From Myxococcota bacterium (GTDB lineage: Bacteria > Myxococcota_A > Polyangia > Polyangiales > Ga0077539): 64,000 nucleotides of DNA. The stretch is from assembly GCA_052035985.1 (NCBI GenBank), contig JBPOHC010000034.1:1320-65319 (forward strand), written 5' to 3'. The number at the start of each line of letters is the position of its first letter. Position 1 is the stretch's first letter. Positions 1 through 11,144 of this stretch are shown one piece after another. The notes under the pieces are model-generated. The model saw nothing but the letters and a program-made list of their open reading frames with translations. It did not search any database and had not been told where the DNA came from. The position numbers and the translations under genes were made by a program.

Positions 1-1
1 C

Positions 2-1849
2 GCGCAGAACTGCGGCGCGTGTGACCGTCCGTGCTACCCCGAGCAGCCGTGCGTCGAGGGGCGCTGCGTGGTCACGTGCCGGGCGGGTACGCCCTGCGAC
101 GGCGTCTGCGTCGACCTCGGAACCAGCGTGTCGAACTGCGGCGCGTGCGGGCACCGATGCGGTCTCAGCGAGCGCTGCGAGTCGGGCGTGTGCGTCGGGT
201 GCCCGATGGGCACCACGCGCTGCGGAGGCGGCTGCTACGACGTGACTCGCGACCGCGAGCACTGCGGAGAGTGCGATCGCCGGTGCGCCGCCAGCGAGCA
301 GTGTGAAGACGGCCTTTGCACGACCTGCTCCGGCGGTCGGCTCTGGTGCCGGGGCGACGTCGACGCCTGCGGCGAAGACATCCTCACGAACCGCGCGCGC
401 TGCGGGGCTTGCGGCACGGTCTGCGGCGGCGGCCCTGGCTACACCGTCTCCTGTCGCGCAGGGCGCTGCGCCCACGCGTGCGTCGCGGGGGCCGGGGAGT
501 GCGACGGCGACGACGTGCACCCTTGCGAGACCTCGCTCTCGAGCGACGACGCGCACTGCGGCGCGTGCGGCGCGGCGTGCAGCGCGGACGCGTTCTGTGT
601 CGGCGGACGCTGCGTCGTGCGGCCGATCCGCCCGCGCGCGCCGACGTCGGCGCTCTATGTCACGCGCGCGACGCCGTGGCTCTTCTGGGAGCTCCCTCCC
701 GGCGCCGACGGCGCGCGCGTCGAGGTGTGCGCCACGCGCGCGTGCGACCGCCTCGACGGACGCTGGGATGTGACCGGAAGCCGGTGGCGCGTCCCGACGT
801 CGCTCTCGCCCGGCGTGCATTTCTGGAGGCTCTTCGCGCGCCGCGGCGGGCGCACCGACACGACGCCGGGGCCCGTGTGGGAGCTCGTGGTGCCCGCGGC
901 CGGAGCGTCGACGCCGGGGGCGACGCGCGCGCTCCTCGACGTGAACGGTGACGGCCTCGAAGACCGCGTCACCCCGCGCAACGAGCGCGACGCCAGGGGC
1001 GCACCGCGGTGGGCGCTCGACGTGTTCTTCGGGGGCAGCGCGTCGACAGCGCCCGATCAGTCGCTCGTCGGCGACGAGATGGTGGCGTGGGCGAGCGGCT
1101 TCGATTGGAGCAACCAGAGCGCGACCGCGACGGACGTCGTCGCCCTGGGCGACATCAACGGCGACGGCTACGGCGACGTGCTGTTGAGAAAGCGCGTGAG
1201 CCGCAGCTTTCAGAGCGGCGCGAGCACGGTCTTCAACTCGTTCGACGGGCACGACGTGTTCGTCGGCGGTCCGTCGGGCCTCGCAGCCGCACCGGTCGAC
1301 AGCGCCAGGATCGGCTCCGTCGATTACCGGTACACCGTGCCTCCGAACGTGACGGCCATGTTCCCCACGGGCGACGCCGACGGCGACGGGTACGGTGACT
1401 GGTTCTGGCGTGAGCGAGGTACGCGCGCGTACTGGGACACGGCGATGTTCGGCGGCCGCGCGTCAATCGACGGCGCGAACGACACACACGACTGGAACGA
1501 GAGCACGCCGCTCGTCGGCGACTTCGACGCCGACGGAACCGCGGACCTCGCCGCCTGTGAGGAGCGTGCGGCGTTCCCGTTCGAGTCCCTCCGGCCCGTC
1601 GCGATCGTGATTCCGGGCGGCCCGGCGCGGCGCGCCTCGACGGTCACCGCCGCGAGCATCTCACTCGGCCCGTGCGGAGGAGTCGCGCGACCAGACGGGT
1701 ACGCCACGGTGGCCCTCGCAGTGCTCGACGCCGACGACGACGGCTACGACGACCTGCGCGCCACGATCCACCGCGAGCCGGCGGTCACCATGCTCTACCG
1801 GGGCGGCCCCGACGGGTTGTCCGAGAGCCGCTGTGAGGTGCTCCCGTAG
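2..1849 (+). CDS. Secreted cysteine-rich-repeat + FG-GAP/VCBS-like repeat protein (5'-truncated by the window edge)
   Basis: The frame of ORF 68..1849 stays open back to nt 2 (..AQNCGACDRPCYPEQPC..), so the N-terminus lies outside the window. It has at least 5 CGxCGxxC modules, followed by DxDGDG-type repeats (DVNGDGLED, GDINGDGYGD, GDADGDGYGD, GDFDADGTAD, LDADDDGYDD). Confidence 0.7.
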   Translation, partial: AQNCGACDRPCYPEQPCVEGRCVVTCRAGTPCDGVCVDLGTSVSNCGACGHRCGLSERCESGVCVGCPMGTTRCGGGCYDVTRDREHCGECDRRCAASEQCEDGLCTTCSGGRLWCRGDVDACGEDILTNRARCGACGTVCGGGPGYTVSCRAGRCAHACVAGAGECDGDDVHPCETSLSSDDAHCGACGAACSADAFCVGGRCVVRPIRPRAPTSALYVTRATPWLFWELPPGADGARVEVCATRACDRLDGRWDVTGSRWRVPTSLSPGVHFWRLFARRGGRTDTTPGPVWELVVPAAGASTPGATRALLDVNGDGLEDRVTPRNERDARGAPRWALDVFFGGSASTAPDQSLVGDEMVAWASGFDWSNQSATATDVVALGDINGDGYGDVLLRKRVSRSFQSGASTVFNSFDGHDVFVGGPSGLAAAPVDSARIGSVDYRYTVPPNVTAMFPTGDADGDGYGDWFWRERGTRAYWDTAMFGGRASIDGANDTHDWNESTPLVGDFDADGTADLAACEERAAFPFESLRPVAIVIPGGPARRASTVTAASISLGPCGGVARPDGYATVALAVLDADDDGYDDLRATIHREPAVTMLYRGGPDGLSESRCEVLP

Positions 1850-2045
1850 CTGGTCAGCGCTCTCCGTCGGAGACGACGCCCCTGCGCTGCTGGCCGAAGG
1901 GGTGACAGGAAGCCGTTGCCAGCGGCGAGAAATCGGAGGTCTTGCGGAGAGGGCGAGGGCCCTTCTGTTCCATGCGGCGCGATCGAGCGCGATCTACGTG
2001 CGGTGAAGTGGGGAGGCAGAGCTGCCCGTCGCCAACGGATGCCAC

Positions 2046-2070
2046 CGCGAGGCACCCCAGGGGCCTCGCG
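2046..2070. terminator. GC-rich hairpin between convergent genes (candidate bidirectional terminator)
   Basis: CGCGAGGC (2046-2053) pairs with GCCTCGCG (2063-2070) around a 9-nt loop. It lies in the 256-nt gap between the stops at 1849 (+) and 2106 (-). There is no U-tract. Confidence 0.3.
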
Positions 2071-2105
2071 CCGCAAACGGATGCCACCCGGAGCCGTCGT
2101 CGCCC

Positions 2106-3338
2106 CTACAGCCTGATCGGGCGAGGCTCCGCGCGCATCACGGTGGTGCCGTCGCCGAGCTGACCGCGGTCGTTGTTGCCCCAGCACCACGCGCGTCCGT
2201 CTTCGGTGCGAGCGCACGAGAAGTCGTCGCCCACCGCGACCGCAGTCGACTTCGGCAAGGCCCCCACGCGCATCGGCGTCGTCGAAAACAGCTCGACGGA
2301 GCTCGCGCCGAGCTGTCCGCGATCGTTGGCGCCCCAGCACCACACGGAGCCGTCGCGGGTGAGCGCGCAGGCGTGGCGGGCGCCCGTCGAGAGCGCGAGC
2401 ACCTGCGACGTGATCGCGACGCGCGCGGGGACGGCCCGGTCGTGCGCGGTTCCATCGCCGAGCTGGCCCGCGTCGTTGGCGCCCCAGCACCACGCCGACG
2501 CGTCGCCGCGCAGCGCGCATGAGTAGCGATCGCCGACCGACATCGCGACGACGCGCGAGACCGAGGGGACGCGGAAGATCCCGAACTCCACGAGGCTCGC
2601 GCCGAGCTGTCCGCGGTCGTTGTTCCCCCAGCACCCGACGAGGCCGCCGGGGACGACGAGGCAGCCGTGGCCGCGTCCGTCGCGGGTCCAGAGGGCGACC
2701 TGCGAGACCGCGACGCCGAGATGAATGATCACGGGCTTGAGCACGAAGGCCGTGGAGAAGTTCGCGCCGTCGGGCGCGCCCCACCCGACGAGGTGCCCGT
2801 CGTCGTCCCACGCGAGGGCGAAGCGCTCACCGAACGCGACGCCCGCGAGCGGCGCCACGCCCGGCGTGTCGTGGCGCGACCAGGGGGTCACCCCGTCGTC
2901 GTTGCGCGGCGCGAAGAGCCCCCAGTGACCGAACTGCTGCGACTTGTCGAGCACCGCGGTCTGCGTGGGCCCCGCGAAGACGTGCTGCGCGAGCGCGCCG
3001 TGCCCCGCCACCTCAGGGAGGAGCTCCGCCGCGCTCGGCGACCGCCCGAGCTGGCCGTGCTCGTTCGAGCCCCAGCAACGCACGTAGCCCTCGGCGGTGC
3101 GCACGCACGCGTGCGAGGCCCCCGCGACGAGGTCGAGCACGAAGGGTCTGTCGCGCTCGGGCGTGCGCTCCGTGATCGAAGGCGTGCGCGCCACGACGGC
3201 GCCGTTGAGTTCGACCGTCCCTGAGGGCATCGCGATCTCTGGCGCGAGGGGGATCGACCCCACCGACTCCCCCTCGACCGCGCACCCCGCCGCGAGGGCG
3301 AAGGCCAGTGCGCAGAGGGAGTGGAGCCCGCGGTCCAT
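2106..3338 (-). CDS. RCC1-repeat (beta-propeller) lipoprotein
   Basis: About 7 RCC1-type blades (CWGSNEHGQLG, CWGNNDRGQLG, CWGANDAGQLGDG, CWGANDRGQLG, CWGNNDRGQLGDG). Start chosen at ATG 3338, giving MDRGLHSLCALAFALAAGC with lipobox LAAGC. The ORF is open to 3377. Confidence 0.8.
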   Translation of the reverse strand: MDRGLHSLCALAFALAAGCAVEGESVGSIPLAPEIAMPSGTVELNGAVVARTPSITERTPERDRPFVLDLVAGASHACVRTAEGYVRCWGSNEHGQLGRSPSAAELLPEVAGHGALAQHVFAGPTQTAVLDKSQQFGHWGLFAPRNDDGVTPWSRHDTPGVAPLAGVAFGERFALAWDDDGHLVGWGAPDGANFSTAFVLKPVIIHLGVAVSQVALWTRDGRGHGCLVVPGGLVGCWGNNDRGQLGASLVEFGIFRVPSVSRVVAMSVGDRYSCALRGDASAWCWGANDAGQLGDGTAHDRAVPARVAITSQVLALSTGARHACALTRDGSVWCWGANDRGQLGASSVELFSTTPMRVGALPKSTAVAVGDDFSCARTEDGRAWCWGNNDRGQLGDGTTVMRAEPRPIRL

Positions 3339-3434
3339 CGGCGGAGAATTGTCGCCGATCGACGCGAGAACACGCAAGGAGTCGGTGAGCGTTCGGAGAG
3401 GGAAGAGGCGGGAGCGGACGGAGCGCGCGAGGCG

Positions 3435-5381
3435 CTACGCCATCGCGGCGGGCTGCGCGTAGCCCTGCGAGGGGGCTGCGCTCACGGGGTCCTTCGAGAA
3501 GAAGGCGCGGTGGGCGAGGCGGTCCATCATGGGGGCGAAGCGCTCCTTCGCCTTGCCCGCGGCGAGGTCGCGCACGAGCGTGAGGTCCTCGCGCACCTGA
3601 CCGCGGAACTCCTCATCGCGCACGGCCTCGACGGCCTTCGAGACGAGTCCCGGCGCGGCGGCGGCGACCTTGCGGAGCGCTTCAAACCCACGCTTCGCGG
3701 AGCTCACGGCGCGCTCGGCGCGCGTCTGCGTGATGTACGGCGCCACGGCGTAGACCATGTCGGCCGCCGTGCCCGCCTTGATGTGCGGGGGCTTGTAGAG
3801 CGGCGACGAGAAGCGCGGGCTCTTCGCGAGGAAGTCCTTCATCTGCGCGTCGGTGATCCCCGTCTCTTCGAGGGCCTTCTGGTACTCGGCCTCGGCCACC
3901 TGGCGGGCCTTGAAGAGGTACATCTGCACGCGGGAGTAGAAGTTCGTCGCGCCGTCGCCGCTGGTCTCCACGGCGCAGAAGATCGTCCCCGGGTAGCGCG
4001 ACGTGATGAGCGTCTGCACGCCGTCAGAGACGCCCGACGAGGGCATGCAGCCGAAGGGCTTCACGCTCAGCGTCATGTGGGCCTTCGACATCACCGTGTT
4101 GAGGATCAGCTTGCCGACCTCCATGTGCCCCTCTCCGCCGCGGAGCTCGGTGGAGTAGAACTGATCGGCCACCTCGGCGACGAGGTCCATGTCGGGCAGC
4201 GGGTAGTGGAAGAGGCCCGCGGGGTACGCGAAGGCGTTGAACCCGAGGCGCAGCCCCCACTCGGCGAGCTTCATCGTGGCGAGGCGGCGAGAGACGTCGA
4301 AGCCCTCCATGCCGTCGAGGCCGCGCGCGTCTTTGTCGGCGACGCGGAGGTCCCTGCGCTCGCGCGTGTCACGGGCGAGCTCCCAGATGTTGTAGAGCAG
4401 CCACGCGGTGGTGAGCTGGATGTCGTTCTCGGCCCCTTCGCCCTCGAGGAAGCGCTGGAGGTGATAGTTCCCGTCGCCCTCCGTGGTCATGGCCCAGAAC
4501 TCTCCGATGATGGAGACCTTGGGCTTGGGGCGCGTGCGGTCGACCTTCACCGTCGAGAGCACCTGCCGCGACTTGTAGAGCGCGACGAAGATGTTCTTCT
4601 GCTCGTAGAGGGCCTCGTAGCAGAGGCGCCGGGCCTCTTCGAGCGCGCGGTTGGTGGCGCCCTCCTCGACCTCGTAGGGCCTGATGCGATAGCCGAGCGC
4701 GTTGAGCACGTCGCCCGCCACGATGGCCTTGATGAGCGCGATGAAGAACGTGGGCGAGAGGTCGATGCCGACGTCGTCGCCGGTGGCCTGCGAGAGCCCG
4801 CCCTGCTGCTGAAAGAGCATCACGCGGAAGCCGTCGAAGCCCGCGTCGCGCAGGGCCTTGCGGTACTCGGTGACGTACATCCCGAAGCGGCAGGGGCCGC
4901 ACGCGCCCGCGGTGAAGAAGACGTAGTCGCGGATGATCGCCTCGGTCGACAGGCCGTGGATGTCACGGAGGTCGATGAGGTGCTTCACCAGCGTGCCGAC
5001 GGTGAAGTACGTCGGGTTGCACTGGCCGCGGTTGCCGAACTCCTTGCCGGTCTGGAGGCCCGCGTTGTCGGCGGTGTTGAGGTGCTCGACCTTGTACCCG
5101 AGCCCGCGGAACGCGCCCTCGGCGAGGAAGTCCTGCGCCTGGGTGAGTCCGCCGATGAGCAGGGTGACCTTGTCTCGCTCGGCCTTCTTGACCTGCGGGT
5201 TGACCATCGTGTCGACCCACTGCTTGCGGCCCTGGCGCATCCCGAGGCGGGCGCGCTCGGCCTCTTCGAAGGCCTTGAGCTCGGCCTCGACGTCGACGAG
5301 GTTCGCCGGCTCGGGCGTCGGGTCGGCGTTGAAGACAGGGAGCTTCACGCGCCTCGGTTCACTGTGCGATTGCATCACCAT
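3435..5381 (-). CDS. 2-hydroxyacyl-CoA dehydratase-like component (HgdA/HgdB/BcrC family), substrate unknown
   Basis: 648-aa ORF 30 nt downstream of the activase gene. It has family-like motifs (LLIGGLTQAQDF, FFTAGACGPCRFGMY). The + strand ORF 3321..5504 is its antisense shadow. Confidence 0.7.
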   Translation of the reverse strand: MVMQSHSEPRRVKLPVFNADPTPEPANLVDVEAELKAFEEAERARLGMRQGRKQWVDTMVNPQVKKAERDKVTLLIGGLTQAQDFLAEGAFRGLGYKVEHLNTADNAGLQTGKEFGNRGQCNPTYFTVGTLVKHLIDLRDIHGLSTEAIIRDYVFFTAGACGPCRFGMYVTEYRKALRDAGFDGFRVMLFQQQGGLSQATGDDVGIDLSPTFFIALIKAIVAGDVLNALGYRIRPYEVEEGATNRALEEARRLCYEALYEQKNIFVALYKSRQVLSTVKVDRTRPKPKVSIIGEFWAMTTEGDGNYHLQRFLEGEGAENDIQLTTAWLLYNIWELARDTRERRDLRVADKDARGLDGMEGFDVSRRLATMKLAEWGLRLGFNAFAYPAGLFHYPLPDMDLVAEVADQFYSTELRGGEGHMEVGKLILNTVMSKAHMTLSVKPFGCMPSSGVSDGVQTLITSRYPGTIFCAVETSGDGATNFYSRVQMYLFKARQVAEAEYQKALEETGITDAQMKDFLAKSPRFSSPLYKPPHIKAGTAADMVYAVAPYITQTRAERAVSSAKRGFEALRKVAAAAPGLVSKAVEAVRDEEFRGQVREDLTLVRDLAAGKAKERFAPMMDRLAHRAFFSKDPVSAAPSQGYAQPAAMA

Positions 5382-5411
5382 CGGTGGGGTCTCTCCTCGT
5401 GCCGCGGGGTC

Positions 5412-9032
<3,621 letters not shown>

Positions 9033-9054
9033 GAGCGAGGGCCTCCCGATGGGG

Positions 9055-9072
9055 TGACTGACACGTCAGTCA
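9055..9072 (-). promoter_or_regulatory. Perfect 8-bp-arm inverted repeat in the activase leader (candidate operator or 5'-UTR hairpin)
   Basis: TGACTGAC-ac-GTCAGTCA, located about 23-40 nt upstream of the activase start codon and immediately upstream of its SD. Confidence 0.3.
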
Positions 9073-9185
9073 GTGCGAGGGGAGGGGTGTAACAGAACCG
9101 GGGAGGCGATGGCAAGGCCGGGGGGCGAAGGATTTGCGCGGCCTGGAGAGTCAGCAGCCGACGGGGCGAGAAGGCGCGGCGGGCG

Positions 9186-10418
9186 TCAGTAGAGGACGCG
9201 CGTTCGGATGCTCGTGGGGAGCGCGGCCATCGCGGTGCTCAGGGAGTCGCTGACCTCGCGCTCGATGTCCATGACGAGGTAGCCGATGTCGGGCTCCGTC
9301 GCGAGCACCTGACCGAGGATGTTCGCGCCCACGTCGGACACGATGCGGTTGATGTCACGGAGCACGCCGGGGACGTTGCGGTGCGCGTTCAGCACGCGGT
9401 GTGTGCCCGGGATGAGCGCGGGCTCGACCTCGGGGACGTTCACCGAGCCGACGGTGGCGCCGGCGTCGATGTACTTCACGAGGCTCGTCGCGACCTCGCG
9501 TCCGATCGACGCCTGCGCCTCGACCGTGGAGCCGCCGATGTGCGGCGTGAGGATCACGTTGGAGAGCCCGCGCAGCTCGCTCTCGAAGCCGTCGGAGTTG
9601 GTCTCGGGCTCCTCGGGGAAGACGTCGACCGCGGCGCCCGCGAGGCGTCCGCCCTTGAGCGCCGCCGCGAGCGCGGGGATCTGCACGACGGTGCCGCGGC
9701 TCGCGTTGAGGAGGTACGCGCCGCGCTTCATGCGGGCGATCTCTTCGGGCCCCATCATCCGATGCGTCTGCGGCGTCGCGGGGACGTGCAGCGTCACGAA
9801 ATCGCTGACCGACAGGAGTTCTTGAAGGGTGCCGCAGGGGCGGTTGTTGCCCATCGGGAGCTTCGTCGCGATGTCGTAGAAGACCACGCGCATCCCGAAG
9901 GACTCCGCGAGCACGCCGATCTGCGACCCGATGTGCCCGTACCCGACGATGCCCAGCGTCTTGCCGCGCACCTCGAAGCACCCCGCGGAGACCTTGCGCC
10001 AGCGGCCCGCGTGCACCTCCTTCAGTCGGTCGCCGAGCTGACGCGCGAGCATCACCACCTCGGCGAGGATCATCTCGGCCACGCTGCGCGTGTTGCTGAA
10101 GGGCGCGTTGAAGACCGGCACCCCCGAGAGCTTCGCCGCACGCAGATCGACCTGATTCGTACCGATGCAGAAGCACCCGAGCGTGAGGAGGTTCGGCGCC
10201 GCGGCGATCACCCGCGGCGTCACCTGCGTCTTGCTTCGAATGCCGAGCACCTGGACCTCGCGCACCTTCTCGCAGAGCTCGTCTTCGGAGAGCGCGCCCG
10301 TGAGCGACTCGACTTCGAAGCCGTTCTCCTCGAGCAGCTCATGCGCCGACGAGTGGATGTTCTCGAGCAGGAGCACCTTCATCCCGGCGCTCGTGTGGGG
10401 GTGGGTCGCGGTTGCCAT
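9186..10418 (-). CDS. serA: D-3-phosphoglycerate dehydrogenase (long, ACT-domain type)
   Basis: E. coli-like SerA layout: MKVLLLENIH.., NAD site GIVGYGHIGSQ, ..TPHIGGST.., and a C-terminal ACT-like tail. Start chosen at ATG 10418 (MATATHP..). The ORF is open to 10457. Confidence 0.85.
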   Translation of the reverse strand: MATATHPHTSAGMKVLLLENIHSSAHELLEENGFEVESLTGALSEDELCEKVREVQVLGIRSKTQVTPRVIAAAPNLLTLGCFCIGTNQVDLRAAKLSGVPVFNAPFSNTRSVAEMILAEVVMLARQLGDRLKEVHAGRWRKVSAGCFEVRGKTLGIVGYGHIGSQIGVLAESFGMRVVFYDIATKLPMGNNRPCGTLQELLSVSDFVTLHVPATPQTHRMMGPEEIARMKRGAYLLNASRGTVVQIPALAAALKGGRLAGAAVDVFPEEPETNSDGFESELRGLSNVILTPHIGGSTVEAQASIGREVATSLVKYIDAGATVGSVNVPEVEPALIPGTHRVLNAHRNVPGVLRDINRIVSDVGANILGQVLATEPDIGYLVMDIEREVSDSLSTAMAALPTSIRTRVLY

Positions 10419-10630
10419 GTGGCGCGCGTTGTGGCGCAGGCGACCTCGCGCCGTCAAGCCGCGCCGCGCGATGAACGCCGCCGCGGGCTCCTCGCAACAG
10501 TACGTTCCGCGAGGCGAGACACCGCACCGACGCGACGGGCGCCGCGGTGCGGTCGATCCGCTTCACGTCGCGCTTATCACCGCGCGTCGCCGTCGCGCTG
10601 CAACGCCAACACTCACCTCAAGGACACGCC

Positions 10631-11083
10631 ATGAAGACGCATCCCTCGCGGGCGCGCGGGGCCCTGCTCGCCCTCTGCGCGCTCCTCTCGACGCTCTCGA
10701 CGATCCTCTCGCCCTCGCCCGCGTCGGCCGATCGACACGTCCGCCGCGCGAGCGCCTCACCGAGCCGTCGCGGCGCGGCCCCCGCCGTGCGCCTCTCGCT
10801 CGAAGAGCGCCGCACGCTGGCCCTCGAGCGCGTGCTCCGCGGAAACGGCGTGCGCCGCTGCTGGGCGCGTCAGCTCTATCGCGACCCGACGAGCACCGCG
10901 CGCAGGCTCACCGTAGGCCTCGCCGTCGACCGCGACGGACGCATCGCGCAGGTTCGCGTGCGCGACACCTCGGCGCCCTCGCTCGCGAGCTGCATCGCGT
11001 CGGTGGGCGCGATGGCCACGCCCGTCGGCCCCGGCGATCCCTTCGAAGTCGAAGGGAGCCTCACGTTCGAACGCGGTGAGTAG
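10631..11083 (+). CDS. Secreted protein with an AgmX/PglI-type (TonB-C-like) C-terminal domain
   Basis: ATG 10631 gives the signal peptide MKTHPSRARGALLALCALLSTLSTILSPSPASA. The C-terminal pattern ..RRCWARQL..GRIAQVRV..LASCIASV.. resembles the myxobacterial AgmX/PglI C-terminal domain. Confidence 0.5.
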   Translation: MKTHPSRARGALLALCALLSTLSTILSPSPASADRHVRRASASPSRRGAAPAVRLSLEERRTLALERVLRGNGVRRCWARQLYRDPTSTARRLTVGLAVDRDGRIAQVRVRDTSAPSLASCIASVGAMATPVGPGDPFEVEGSLTFERGE

Positions 11084-11144
11084 GTGATTCAGAAGCTCCG
11101 GGGCATCGACAACACGCGACGCGCCCGGAGCGAGACGCGGGCTG

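Noticed and set aside
1854-2163. Small ORFs in the 1850-2105 gap (1854..2087 minus; 1916..2116 and 1942..2163 plus)
   Set aside because: They have mutually overlapping frames, Arg/Pro-rich compositions and no SD. The region is more likely non-coding (see the repeat/hairpin finding).
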